Part shown: positions 17,264-27,441 of the stretch, piece after piece
Numbering within the stretch: the first letter of the stretch is position 1
Layout of the letters: the number at the start of each line of letters is the position of its first letter
Origin: an uncultured Candidatus Rokubacteria bacterium
Lineage (GTDB): Bacteria > Methylomirabilota > Methylomirabilia > Rokubacteriales > DASRDR01
Assembly: GCA_963826115.1 (NCBI GenBank)
Contig: CAWGVS010000006.1
Span: forward strand, 832,001-896,000
DNA length: 64,000 nt
Direction of reading: 5' to 3'
Translations under genes and position numbers: made by a program
The notes under the pieces: generated by a model
What the model saw: only the letters and a program-made list of their open reading frames with translations
The model's database searches: none
Told to the model about the DNA's origin: nothing

Positions 17264-18232
17264 TCAGGGCCGCGGTCCGGGGGCCCCGCCGGATCGGGAC
17301 GTCAGGAAGGCGCGCATCGCGGCGACCACCTGGGCGTGCTGCGACAGGACGAAGTCGACGTGGTTCCCGCCGTCGAGCTCGACGATCTCCACGTCCGCCA
17401 GCTCCCGGCGTAGCCCGGCGATCGCGGCGGTCCGGCACGGCCAGAAGTGCCGCTCGTGCCAGTCGGCGGCCCGGTGGCCGAGCGCCGGGTCCGCCAGGCG
17501 CGTCGGGAGCCACGTCGCCGGGAAGACGAACAGGGCGGGCGCCCGGAGCTTCGAGTAGTCGCGGCGATAGATGGGAGGCGTCACGTAGGTCGCCGCGACC
17601 TCGCCGAACACGCTGGGCGGCGTGGCCGGCCGGAGGCTCCCGTCAGGCTGCTGGACGACGATGTCGCGCATGTAGGCCTCCGCCGCGTCCGACCACGTCG
17701 CGCCGGCGAAGAAGGTTGCCTGCCACCATCGCCGGTAGCGGTCCAGCGAGCCGAGGGCCGTCTCGTCGGGGAAGAGATCGAGCGGCGCGCGCTCCAGCAC
17801 CTGTCGCCAGGCGGGATCGGCCCGGTCGTGCGCGCCGTCCAGATAGATGAGCGTGCGAACGCGCGCGGGATGGAGCTCCGCGAACCGCGTGAGCTCGCGG
17901 CCGCCGAGGGACCAGCCGGCCAGGTGGACGGCGCCGAGCCCCAGGGCGTCGAGGAGCTGCCGCAGGTCCTCCGCCAGCGTGTCGGCGTCGTAGGGCGACC
18001 GGGCCTCGGAGCGGCCGTGGCCCCGCCGCGCGTACGCGATCACGCGCCACCGGTCCCGGAGGGCCGGGGCGAGGTCGTCGAAGTAGTGCGGGGTGTCTCC
18101 GAGCCCGTGGATCAGCACCAGGGCCTCGCCGGAGCCGCCCCAGTCGAGGTACTGGAGCCGCACCCCGTTGACGGTGACGAAGTGGCTCGCGTGCGGCGAC
18201 GGATCCGTCCACTCGTCAGCCCGGCGGTCCAC
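17264..18232 (-). CDS. Alpha/beta fold hydrolase
   Basis: LVLIHGLG, RRGHGRS, GWSLGG nucleophile elbow, GGNH. Confidence 0.9.
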   Translation of the reverse strand: MDRRADEWTDPSPHASHFVTVNGVRLQYLDWGGSGEALVLIHGLGDTPHYFDDLAPALRDRWRVIAYARRGHGRSEARSPYDADTLAEDLRQLLDALGLGAVHLAGWSLGGRELTRFAELHPARVRTLIYLDGAHDRADPAWRQVLERAPLDLFPDETALGSLDRYRRWWQATFFAGATWSDAAEAYMRDIVVQQPDGSLRPATPPSVFGEVAATYVTPPIYRRDYSKLRAPALFVFPATWLPTRLADPALGHRAADWHERHFWPCRTAAIAGLRRELADVEIVELDGGNHVDFVLSQHAQVVAAMRAFLTSRSGGAPGPRP

Positions 18233-18255
18233 GGCGGATCCTTCGATCGGGCCGG

Positions 18256-20226
18256 CTAGAGGCGGCGGGCGGCGCGGGTGCCCTCGAGGAGCGCGTCGTG
18301 GAGGAGCCGCGGCGCCAGCGCGTCGCCGACGAGCGCGAGCTCGGGCACCTTGCCCTTGAGCGCCGCGTGGAGGCCGTCGACGGCGCGCCCGCCATAGGCG
18401 AGGACGACCGTGTCGACGCCGTCGAGCGCGAGGGGACGGTCCGAGTACTCGTTCACCGCCAGCACCCGGAGCTTGCCTGGGCCGCCGGATTCGATGGCCC
18501 GGAGCGCCGTGTCGACGAGCATCGTCACGTCGCGCTGGTAGAGCCGCTCGTAGAGCGGCTCCTTCGTCGAGCCTTCCGTGTTGTCGCACACGGTGTGGTA
18601 CTGGGTGACGATCGTGACCGCGCGGCCCTGGACCGCGAGGAAGTCGGCGGCGAGGCCGGCCTGGACGCGCCCCGTGCCGTCGACGACGACGACCCGTGGG
18701 CCGGCGACGGTCGCGCCGGACAGGATGTCCTCGACGGTCACGACCCCGGGCAGGTCGGCGCCGGGAACCACGGGCCGGCGCGGCACCGCGCCGGTCGCGA
18801 CGACGACCGCGTCAGGCCGGTCGGCGAGGACGCGCTCCGCGGTCGCCTCCGTCTCGAGCCGCACGGCCGCGCTCGTCATCCGGAGCTGGCGCACGAGCCA
18901 CTCCACCGACTGGCCGTAGCCCGGCCGGAGCGGCGCCCGCGCGGCGACCAGCACCTGGCCGCCGAGGGCGCCGGACCGCTCGTAGAGGATCACCTCGTGA
19001 CCCCGGAGCGCGGCGACGCGCGCCGCCTCCAGCCCGGCCGGTCCGCCGCCGACCACGACCACGCGCCGGGGCGTCACGGCGGGGACGAGCTCCGCGAGCT
19101 CGGCCTCGCGGCCGGTCACCGGATTCTGCGAGCACGAGAGCGTGAGCCCGCGGCTCGACCGGCCGAGGCAGCCCTCCTGCATGCCGACGCAGAAGCGGAC
19201 GTCGTCGAGCCGGCCGTCGGCGGCCTTCCGCGGCATCCAGGGATCGGCCATCAGGGCGCGGGTCATCGCGACCAGGTCGCAGGCCCCCTCGGCGAGGAGC
19301 CGCTCGGCGTGGCGCGGGTCGGTCACGCGCCCCGCGTAGATCACGGCCGCCCGCACCTCCTTCTTGATGCGCGCCGCGAAGGAGGCGTAGAGCCCGGGCG
19401 CCGTGTCGGCGAAGGGCATCAGCTTCTGGTGGTAGCGCGGCGTCTCGCCGGTCGAGCCGGAGACCGTGAAGTAGTCGAGCTGGTCGAGACTGTCGAGCGC
19501 GCGGACGATCTCGACGACGTCCTCGAGGTGGAGGCCGTCGGGGATCAGCTCGTCGCCGCTGACGCGCAGACCGAGGATGAAGTCGCGCCCCACGGCGGCC
19601 CGGATCGCGCCGATGACCTCGACCGAGAACCGGAGCCGGTTCTCGAAGCTCCCGCCGTACTCGTCGGTGCGCCGGTTCACCGACGGCACCCAGAACTGGT
19701 CGATCAGGTGGCGGGCGAACGCGCAGAGATCGGCCCCGTCGAACCCCGCGCGCTGGAGGCGCCGCGCCGCGGCGGCGTACGCGGCCACGATCTCGGCGAT
19801 CTCGCTCCGGTCGAGCGCGTGGGGGATCTCGCGGTTCTCGGTCTCGGGGACGTCGGACGCCGACACGAGCGGCCGCTCGCCGGGCGCCGAGAACCCGCGG
19901 CGCCCGCGGTGCGTGATCTGGGACATCACGTGGGCGCCCTCGCCGTGGATCGCGCGCGCGAAGGTCTCGAAGGTCGGGAGGGAGGAGTCGTCCCAGTTCT
20001 TGATGCCGTTCCAGTCGAGGACGGGACTCGACGGGTGGACGCTCGCGCTCCCGAAGCACTGGATCAGGCCCGCGCCGCCCCGCGCCTTCTCCTGATGGTA
20101 GCGGGTGTAGCGCTCGGTGATGTAACCGTCCTTCCCGAACCGCGTCGCGTGGGGCGTGCTGACGATCCGGTTCCGGAGGGTGACGTGGCCGAGCCGGAAA
20201 GGCGTGAACAGGCGCTCGAAGGTCAT
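18256..20226 (-). CDS. NADH:flavin oxidoreductase (Old Yellow Enzyme plus FAD/NAD domains; DCR/StcD-like)
   Basis: LRNRIVSTPH, NRRTDEYGGSFENR, CVGMQEGC...C Fe-S motif, VVGGGPAGLEAA. Confidence 0.92.
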   Translation of the reverse strand: MTFERLFTPFRLGHVTLRNRIVSTPHATRFGKDGYITERYTRYHQEKARGGAGLIQCFGSASVHPSSPVLDWNGIKNWDDSSLPTFETFARAIHGEGAHVMSQITHRGRRGFSAPGERPLVSASDVPETENREIPHALDRSEIAEIVAAYAAAARRLQRAGFDGADLCAFARHLIDQFWVPSVNRRTDEYGGSFENRLRFSVEVIGAIRAAVGRDFILGLRVSGDELIPDGLHLEDVVEIVRALDSLDQLDYFTVSGSTGETPRYHQKLMPFADTAPGLYASFAARIKKEVRAAVIYAGRVTDPRHAERLLAEGACDLVAMTRALMADPWMPRKAADGRLDDVRFCVGMQEGCLGRSSRGLTLSCSQNPVTGREAELAELVPAVTPRRVVVVGGGPAGLEAARVAALRGHEVILYERSGALGGQVLVAARAPLRPGYGQSVEWLVRQLRMTSAAVRLETEATAERVLADRPDAVVVATGAVPRRPVVPGADLPGVVTVEDILSGATVAGPRVVVVDGTGRVQAGLAADFLAVQGRAVTIVTQYHTVCDNTEGSTKEPLYERLYQRDVTMLVDTALRAIESGGPGKLRVLAVNEYSDRPLALDGVDTVVLAYGGRAVDGLHAALKGKVPELALVGDALAPRLLHDALLEGTRAARRL

Positions 20227-20293
20227 GGGATGCCTCGTGGCCCTGGAGCATACCAGGAACCGCGGCCCGTGAGGCGCGGCGGGCCGGCCGTGC

Positions 20294-21130
20294 TCAGCGC
20301 GGCGCGCAGGGCGGGACGCAGCGCGCGCCCCGGGCGTCGACCAGCACGACGTCCACCGGGCCCCCGACGTGGCGGTCGGCGTCCCGGTAGAGCCGCTCGT
20401 CCTCGCCGATGCCGGCCTCGATCACGCGGCGGACATGTTCCGCGAGCTTCGCAGGCTCCTGGACGCCTGCCGCGTACATCGCGCTCGCGCGCGCGTACGG
20501 GCTCGCCGCGAAGAAGGCGTCGAGGGCGCGGGGCCACGCCACGGCGCCGCGTGGCGGCGCCGCCAGCCGCGCGGTCCACCGGTCCTCGATGTCGAGAGAG
20601 CCGAGCGTGGCCCGGCCTCCCGCCACGTAGGCGACGAGCAGCGTGAGCCGCGCCACCCTCAGGCGGATCCGGGCCGCGGCGTCGGCGGGATCCCTCGCGA
20701 GCGCTCGCCTCGCCGGCACCCGGACGGCCTGGAGCCGCTCCTGGAGGTCCGGACGCAGACGCTCGACGATCGCGTCGAAGCTCAGGCGCGACGCGTCGAG
20801 GGGGGCGATCAGCCGGCGGACGTGCTCCAGGGTGTCCTGCTCGGGGCCGAGCGAGGCGATGCCCGCGACGGCGACCGCGAGCGGCAGGGAGTCGTGCACG
20901 GCGATCTTCGGCCGGCGGCCCTGGCGCTCGGCGAGCGGGTCGTCGACCTTCGGCAGGGCGTTGATCCAGAGGCGGTCCGCACCCAGGACGACGAAGCTGG
21001 TCCGCGGCACGCCCATGATGATCGTGCCCGTCCGCACTGGCGGCTCGGGCCACAGGCACACGTGGTGGACGCCGACGAGCGCCAGGATGGCGAGCCCGGC
21101 CACGATCGCGCCGCGCATCATGTGGATCAT
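20294..21130 (-). CDS. Putative exported/anchored proteasome-beta-like Ntn hydrolase
   Basis: Hydrophobic N-terminus, then G|TIIMGVPRTSFVVLGAD (Thr1, Asp17), PKIAV...AVAG, C-terminal VGGPVDVVLVDARG; start could be 21121 or 21118. Confidence 0.6.
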   Translation of the reverse strand: MIHMMRGAIVAGLAILALVGVHHVCLWPEPPVRTGTIIMGVPRTSFVVLGADRLWINALPKVDDPLAERQGRRPKIAVHDSLPLAVAVAGIASLGPEQDTLEHVRRLIAPLDASRLSFDAIVERLRPDLQERLQAVRVPARRALARDPADAAARIRLRVARLTLLVAYVAGGRATLGSLDIEDRWTARLAAPPRGAVAWPRALDAFFAASPYARASAMYAAGVQEPAKLAEHVRRVIEAGIGEDERLYRDADRHVGGPVDVVLVDARGARCVPPCAPR

Positions 21131-21291
21131 TCGGTGCAAGAGCGCTGCCTCGCGGGTGGGCCTGACAGCCGCCAATGGACCGGGCCCGCCGGTCCGGTCC
21201 GGACGACAGGCCGTCGCCCCCCTGACGGCCTGTCCCCGCCGCGACGCTGAAGGCTCGCCGCCCGGCGCGGGACATTCGCTATGCTCGGAGC

Positions 21292-22608
21292 ATGGGCCCG
21301 GCGAAGGCGGAGCGCGCGGTCCTCCAGGTGGCGGGCCGCGAGGTCACGATCACCAACCCGGGGAAGGTCTACTTCCCCGAGGCAGGGATCACCAAGCTCG
21401 ACGTCGCGCAGTACTACGTCGCCGTGGCCGACGGCGCCCTCCGTGGCGCGGGCGGCCGGCCGAACGTGCTGGTCCGCTACGCCGACGGCATCCACGGCGA
21501 GTTCTTCTACCAGAAGCGGGCGCCGCGCGAGCGCCCGGACTGGGTGGAGGGCGTCGAGCTCCGCTTCCCGTCCGGCGGCGTCGCCGAGGAGGTCGTGCCC
21601 CGCGACGCCGCCACGCTCGCCTGGATGGCGAACCTCGGCTGCCTCGAGCTTCACCCGCATCCGGTGCGCGCGGAGGACCTCGAGCATCCGGACGAGCTCC
21701 GGATCGACCTGGATCCGGTCCCGGGCGTCGAGTGGACACAGATCGTCGCCGTCGCGCGTGTCGCGCGCGAGGCGCTGGCCGACTTCGGCCTGGTGGGGTG
21801 GCCGAAGACGTCGGGCTCGCGCGGCATCCACGTCAACGTGCGGATCCACCCCCGCTGGGGTTTCGGGGAGGTGCGGCGCGCGGCGCTCGCGTTCGCGCGC
21901 GAGGTCGAGCGCCGGGCGCCGACGCTCGCCACCAGCAAGTGGTGGAAGGAGGAGCGCCACGGGGTCTTCCTCGACTACAACCAGAACGCGAAGGACCGCA
22001 CGGTCTGCAGCGCCTACTCGGTGCGCCCGAAGCCGGACGCGCGCGTCTCGGCCCCCGTGACGTGGGAGGAGCTCGAGGCGTGCGACCCGGGCGACTTCAC
22101 GCTCCGCACGATGCCGGCGCGGTTCGCCGCGATCGGGGACCGGCACGCCACGATCGACGACCACGCGCGCTCGCTCGAGGCGCTGCTGGAGCTCTCCACC
22201 GCGCACGAGCGGGACGGGCTTGGCGACGCGCCGTGGCCGCCCCACTACCGGAAGCAGCCGGGGGAGCCGGAGCGAGTCGCGCCGTCCAAGCGGAAGAGCG
22301 GCGCGAGCGCCGGCGGCCGCCGCGCGTCGACGAAGCCCCTCGTCGAGATCGGGCGCGCGGACCGGAAGGAGGACGCGCTCGCGGGGCTCGAGCGCTGGAA
22401 GGCGCGCCACCCGGAGGTCGTCACGCACCTCCAGCCCGCGGACGTCCTGGTCGACTCGATGCGCGGCCGGTCGACGACGTGGACCCGCATCCGCGTGAAT
22501 CTCGAGCACGTGCCCGAGGCGCTCCGGCCGGCGCAGGAGCCCCTCGATCCCGACGGAGGACCGTCGTGGGCGCGGGCGGCGGGCCGTCCGGATCCGCCCG
22601 AGCGCTGA
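21292..22608 (+). CDS. LigD-type primase-polymerase domain protein (stand-alone, Prim-PolC-like) with C-terminal extension
   Basis: ITNPGKVYFP, FFYQKRAP, LELHPH, LRIDLDP, KTSGSRGIH, FLDYNQN, AYSVRP. Confidence 0.9.
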   Translation: MGPAKAERAVLQVAGREVTITNPGKVYFPEAGITKLDVAQYYVAVADGALRGAGGRPNVLVRYADGIHGEFFYQKRAPRERPDWVEGVELRFPSGGVAEEVVPRDAATLAWMANLGCLELHPHPVRAEDLEHPDELRIDLDPVPGVEWTQIVAVARVAREALADFGLVGWPKTSGSRGIHVNVRIHPRWGFGEVRRAALAFAREVERRAPTLATSKWWKEERHGVFLDYNQNAKDRTVCSAYSVRPKPDARVSAPVTWEELEACDPGDFTLRTMPARFAAIGDRHATIDDHARSLEALLELSTAHERDGLGDAPWPPHYRKQPGEPERVAPSKRKSGASAGGRRASTKPLVEIGRADRKEDALAGLERWKARHPEVVTHLQPADVLVDSMRGRSTTWTRIRVNLEHVPEALRPAQEPLDPDGGPSWARAAGRPDPPER

Positions 22609-22612
22609 GGGA

Positions 22613-23692
22613 CTATCCGGGCGCGGCGAGGCCGAAGATCCCGGCCAGCTCGGCGGGCGCCGTGACCTCGAGCTGGTCGTAGCGACACGCGGCCGGCGGC
22701 TTGTCCGGGCGCCACCGCACGAACGTGGCGGCGTGGCGGAAGCGGTCGCCCTGCAGGTGGTCGTAGGCGACCTCGCAGACGCGCTCGATCCGGAGCGGCT
22801 CCCAGGAGAGATCCTTGCCCTGGTTCCACCGGCTCTGCGCACCGGGCATCCGCACCGCGTCCGCCTCGGCCGCACCGCCCCACTCGCGCCACGGGTGGCC
22901 GTCGAGCGCGTGCTCCCGGAAGGGCGCGAGCTCGTCCGCGAGCCGGCGCCGCGCGGCCGCGGTGAAGGACGACGTGAAGCCGACGTGGTGGAGCCCACCG
23001 GCCTCGTCGTAGAGCCCGAGGAGGAGGGAGCCGACCAGCTCACCCGGGCCGGTCTTGTGCCAGCGGAAGCCGCCGACCACGCAGTCGGCGGTGCGGGTGT
23101 GCTTGACCTTGACCATCGCGCGCTTGCCGGGCTGGTAGGTCGTGCTCTCGTGCTTGGCGATGACGCCGTCGAGGCCCGCGCCCTCGAAGCGGTGGAACCA
23201 GTCCCGGGCGACCGCGCGGTCCCGCGAGCACGGGGTGAGGTGGATCGGGCCGCCGGCGTGCGCGAGGGCTCGCTCCAGCCGGGCGCGGCGCTCGGTCTGG
23301 GGTCGTCCACGGAGGTCCTCGTCGCCCTCCGCCAGGAGGTCGAAGGCGACGAACGACGACGGCGTCTCGGCCGCGAGCTTCGCCACGCGCGACGCGGCGG
23401 GGTGCAGGCGCATCTGGAGGGCGTCGAAGTCGAGGCCCTTCGCGGTGGCGATCACGATCTCGCCGTCGACGACGCACCGCGGCGGCAAGACCGCGCGGAG
23501 CGGGGCGGCCAGCTCGGGGAAGTACCGATCGAGCGGCTTCAGGTCCCGGCTCTGGAGGTAGACGCGGTCGCCGTCGCGGAACACGAGCGCGCGGAACCCG
23601 TCCCACTTCGGCTCGAAGAGCCACCCCTCGCCGTCCGGCAGCTCGTGTGCGAGCTTCGCCAGCATCGGCTCGACGGGCGGCTCGAGGATCAC
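22613..23692 (-). CDS. ligC: ATP-dependent DNA ligase (LigC-type)
   Basis: [15 protein letters not shown] (motif I), VDGEIV, AFDLL, DGVIAK, KVKH, DRFRH; GTG overlaps xth stop. Confidence 0.9.
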   Translation of the reverse strand: MILEPPVEPMLAKLAHELPDGEGWLFEPKWDGFRALVFRDGDRVYLQSRDLKPLDRYFPELAAPLRAVLPPRCVVDGEIVIATAKGLDFDALQMRLHPAASRVAKLAAETPSSFVAFDLLAEGDEDLRGRPQTERRARLERALAHAGGPIHLTPCSRDRAVARDWFHRFEGAGLDGVIAKHESTTYQPGKRAMVKVKHTRTADCVVGGFRWHKTGPGELVGSLLLGLYDEAGGLHHVGFTSSFTAAARRRLADELAPFREHALDGHPWREWGGAAEADAVRMPGAQSRWNQGKDLSWEPLRIERVCEVAYDHLQGDRFRHAATFVRWRPDKPPAACRYDQLEVTAPAELAGIFGLAAPG

Positions 23693-24564
23693 CGGGGGCG
23701 CCGTGCGGCGATGCGCCCCTCGGCCGAGGCCCAGCCCGCGTCGAAGTGGAGACCCCGCTCGTCCAGGTCGATCACGAGCGGCGTGTGATCGGACGGCGTG
23801 GGCTTGCCCTTGCGCGTCTCGCGGTCGATCTCCGTCCAGACGACGCGGGCGGCGACCGGGCGCGACACGAGGAGGTGGTCGATGCGCATCCCGTAGTTCT
23901 TGTGGAAGTTGCCGGCCCGGTAGTCCCACCACGTGTAGCGCTCGGGCTCCGGGTGCTGCTGGCGGTAGATGTCGACGAAGCCCCACTCGAGGAGGCGCGC
24001 GAAGGCCTTCCGCTCCGGCTCCGAGACGTGCGTGCCCCCGTGGCACGCCGCGGGGTCCCAGACGTCGATGTCCGCCGGCGCCACGTTCAGGTCCCCGCCG
24101 AGGACCACCGGGTCGCCCGGCTTCGCGGCCGACTCGAGCCAGCGCGAGAGACGATCGAACCACACGAGCTTCGCCTGGTAGAAGACCGAGTCGACGGTCC
24201 GGCCGTTCGGCGCGTAGACGCTGACGACGCGGATGCCGCCGCACGACGCGGCGATCATCCGCGCCTCGGCGAGGGGCTCGTCGTCCCCCTCGTCCCCGGT
24301 CTTCGCCGGCCGGAGGGGCTCGCCGAAGTTCGTCACGACGTCCGCGATGCCGACGCGGCTCGCGATCGCCACGCCGTTCCACCGCCCCTCGCCGTGGTGC
24401 GCCAGCTCGTAGCCGGCGTCCTGGAACACGTCGGCGGGGACGTCGCCGTCCGCGAGCTTCGTCTCCTGCATGAGGAGGACGTCCGGCCGGGCGCGGACGA
24501 GCCATCCGCTCACGCGCTCGAGACGGGCCTTCAGCGAGTTGACGTTCCAGGTCGCGATGCGCAT
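23689..24564 (-). CDS. xth: Exodeoxyribonuclease III / AP endonuclease
   Basis: [41 protein letters not shown]. Confidence 0.95.
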   Translation of the reverse strand: MRIATWNVNSLKARLERVSGWLVRARPDVLLMQETKLADGDVPADVFQDAGYELAHHGEGRWNGVAIASRVGIADVVTNFGEPLRPAKTGDEGDDEPLAEARMIAASCGGIRVVSVYAPNGRTVDSVFYQAKLVWFDRLSRWLESAAKPGDPVVLGGDLNVAPADIDVWDPAACHGGTHVSEPERKAFARLLEWGFVDIYRQQHPEPERYTWWDYRAGNFHKNYGMRIDHLLVSRPVAARVVWTEIDRETRKGKPTPSDHTPLVIDLDERGLHFDAGWASAEGRIAARRPR

Positions 24565-24729
24565 GGGTCCAGGGTACCGCGGGTCAGGCGTCGGATTCGA
24601 CTCCCGACACCGGCACGGGCACGCCACACCTCCGTCGCCCCGCGGGTCCGACGACGTGGCGCCGAGGTCCGGATCGATCTATGTTGGGCGAGAGTGAGAG
24701 GGGGCCGCAGAGTCGAAGGAGGGAGACCC

Positions 24730-25878
24730 ATGTCGATCCGAACGCTCGGCGGCGTGACCGTCGCCGGCGTGCTGGTGGTCAGCATGATCCAGCCCGCCCG
24801 GGCTCAGGCGCCCCAGTCACCGACGCCGGCGCCCAGCAACGGCGTCGTGCGCGCCGAGACCGTCGCGCGGGGGCTCGAGCATCCCTGGGGGCTGGCCTTC
24901 CTGTCCGACGGCCGCATGCTCGTCACCGAGCGTTCGGGGCGGCTCCGCCTCGTCGATCGAGGGGGCCGGCTGTCCGATCCCATCCGGGGCGTGCCGGAGG
25001 TGGCGGCGCGAGGCCAGGGCGGCCTGCTCGACGTCGTGCTCGATCCCCGCTTTGCCGAGAATCGCTGGGTGTACCTCTCCTACGCGGAGCCGGGGCCTGG
25101 CGGTACCGCCGGGACCGCGGTCGCGCGGGGCCGGCTCGGCGAGGGGCGCCTCGAGGACGTTCGCGTGATCTACCAGCAGCCGTGGAAGGTCGAGGGGGAA
25201 AACCACTTCGGCTCCCGCCTCGTCTTCGCGCGCGATGGCACGTTGTTCGTCACGCAGGGCGACCGGTACGCTCATCGCGATCGGGCACAGGACCTCTCGG
25301 TCGGCTTCGGCAAGATCGTGCGGATCAATCCGGACGGCTCGGTGCCTCGGGACAACCCGTTTGTCGGCCGCGCCGATGCGCGCCCCGAGATCTGGTCCTA
25401 TGGGCACCGCAACGTGCAAGGCGCCGCCCTCGACCCTCGGACCGGGCAGCTCTGGACGGCGGAGCACGGCGCGCGCGGCGGGGACGAGCTGAACCACCCG
25501 GAGGCCGGCAAGAACTACGGCTGGCCCGTCATCACCTACGGTGTGGACTACTCGGGCGCGAAGATCGGCGAGGGCACGGCAAAGCCCGGCATGGAGCAGC
25601 CGGTGTACTACTGGGATCCCGTGATCGCGCCGTCCGGCATGACCTTCTACACGGGCGACGCGGTGCCCGGCTGGAAGGGCAGCATCCTGATTGGCTCGCT
25701 GAGGCCGGGGCTCCTCGTCCGGCTGACGCTCGCGGATGGGCGCGTCGCGCGGGAGGAGCGGCACCTGGCTGACCTGAGGGAGCGAATCCGCGACGTGCGC
25801 CAGGGTCCTGACGGGTTCGTCTATCTTCTGACGGACAGCCGGGACGGGCAGATCCTCCGCGTCATGCCGGCGCGCTGA
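24730..25878 (+). CDS. PQQ-dependent sugar (aldose) dehydrogenase, YliI-like, secreted
   Basis: Signal peptide; [55 protein letters not shown]. Confidence 0.92.
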   Translation: MSIRTLGGVTVAGVLVVSMIQPARAQAPQSPTPAPSNGVVRAETVARGLEHPWGLAFLSDGRMLVTERSGRLRLVDRGGRLSDPIRGVPEVAARGQGGLLDVVLDPRFAENRWVYLSYAEPGPGGTAGTAVARGRLGEGRLEDVRVIYQQPWKVEGENHFGSRLVFARDGTLFVTQGDRYAHRDRAQDLSVGFGKIVRINPDGSVPRDNPFVGRADARPEIWSYGHRNVQGAALDPRTGQLWTAEHGARGGDELNHPEAGKNYGWPVITYGVDYSGAKIGEGTAKPGMEQPVYYWDPVIAPSGMTFYTGDAVPGWKGSILIGSLRPGLLVRLTLADGRVAREERHLADLRERIRDVRQGPDGFVYLLTDSRDGQILRVMPAR

Positions 25879-26126
25879 CGCGGCGGAGCTCGAGGCTCGG
25901 CCGCCGCGGCTGCCGGGCGCGCTGCGCCGGCTGTCCAGCTGACCCGCGGGATTCCCGCCAGGGGCACGGGCTGCCAGCCGTAAACCATCGCGACGCAACG
26001 CGGATTGCGGGCCCAACGAGATTGGCGCTTCGGGCACTCGCCTCCCGTAAAATCAAAGGTCCCAGAATCTCGCTGGAACCGGGCTCGCCAGTCTTCCAGG
26101 GAGGCCCGTGTCAGAGGGGCGACACG

Positions 26127-27317
26127 ATGGACATCACCGAACCGACCGCGACCACCGAAGTCGCCGGACCGATCCTTCGGGTCCGTTCGCGGCACCACGC
26201 GCTCTTCGGAGGGCTGTTGATCAAGGAAGGGCTGATCAACCAGGCGCAGCTCGACAAGGCGCTGGCCCTCCAGCAGGAAACCGAGCCGCGCCCGCTGCTC
26301 GGCCAGATATTCCTCGACCAGAAGCTCGTCACGCCGCACGAGCTCAATGCCGTCCTCGCCAAGTATCAGCGAACGCATCTGCTCGGGGACGTGCTGGTCG
26401 AGACGAAGGCCATCACGCCGGCTCAGCTCGAGAGCGCGCTCGCCACTCAGAGGAAGACCCACGGTCCGCTTGGCGAGACTCTCGTCCAGCTCGGGTTCAT
26501 CACCGAGCGGTCGCTCAAGCACGCGCTCAGCATCCAGCTCAGGATCCCCCTCGTCGATCTCGACGATCGGTCGATCGATCCGGGTATGTCTGCCGTGATT
26601 AGCGAGCGCTACGCTCGCCACCACCGGGTGCTGCCGCTCGTCGAGGTCGATGGGCGGATCGTGCTGGCCATGGACGACCCGACCGACCTCGAGGCGGTCG
26701 CGGATGTTCGCTCGTGCACCGGGCGAAGGATCGACGTGGTCGTGGTGACCGCCGACGCGCTGGAGCGGGCGTTCTCCCGGCTGTACGGGGAGCGTGGAGG
26801 CGGGACGTCCGTTCGCCAGTCCTCGACCGAAGCGGACGACGCGGGCACGCTGCCGATGCCGGAGACCATGCGAGTCGCCGCCGCCGCTGCTCCGAGCCTC
26901 CCCGACATGGACGCGAGTCCCCATCGGAGGGACGAGGAGCGGCCGAGGCCCGGAAGCGCGCTCGACGCCATCCGCGCCCGGATGGACGCGATCCGCCACG
27001 TCGTCCGGAGCTGGGACCGCTGGACCGATGCGGCCGAGACGCTGCTCCACGAGCGGGTCGAGCGAAAGACCGAGATCGAACGCCTGACCGGCGAGCTTCA
27101 AGCGGCTCGAGCGGCCCTCGCGCGGACGAGTCAGGAGCTCGAGGCGAAGGCGCAGGCCTTGGCGAGCCTCGAGAGCGCCCATGCCGCCCTGCTCCGGGAG
27201 CACGGGAGTCTCGGCAACGCGCTGGCAGATCTCCGGGAGCGGCACGACACCCTCCTCCGGGACCGACAGTTCGTCATCGACCGCGTCAGCGAAGCGCTCC
27301 GCCGGCTGAGAATCTGA
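26127..27317 (+). CDS. Tandem MshEN/T2SSE_N domain protein with C-terminal coiled coil, no ATPase
   Basis: Four xLGxxLxxxxxIxxxxLxxALxxQ-type repeats, IPLVDL...VLPL...LAMDDPTD, then a heptad-rich tail. Confidence 0.8.
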   Translation: MDITEPTATTEVAGPILRVRSRHHALFGGLLIKEGLINQAQLDKALALQQETEPRPLLGQIFLDQKLVTPHELNAVLAKYQRTHLLGDVLVETKAITPAQLESALATQRKTHGPLGETLVQLGFITERSLKHALSIQLRIPLVDLDDRSIDPGMSAVISERYARHHRVLPLVEVDGRIVLAMDDPTDLEAVADVRSCTGRRIDVVVVTADALERAFSRLYGERGGGTSVRQSSTEADDAGTLPMPETMRVAAAAAPSLPDMDASPHRRDEERPRPGSALDAIRARMDAIRHVVRSWDRWTDAAETLLHERVERKTEIERLTGELQAARAALARTSQELEAKAQALASLESAHAALLREHGSLGNALADLRERHDTLLRDRQFVIDRVSEALRRLRI

Positions 27318-27441
27318 GCCCGGTCGGCGTGGCGGCTCGCGCGCGCTCCAGCCGGGAGGACCGGGTCGATTCGGATCGCCTGGTTGGAGAGACTCGGCGA
27401 GGCGACGGCTGGCCGGGCTCGTGGTCCTGGCGGGTCGGACC

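Noticed and set aside
21292-23692. Ku-dependent NHEJ operon
   Set aside because: No Ku gene or phosphoesterase domain; the layout fits LigC/Prim-PolC better.
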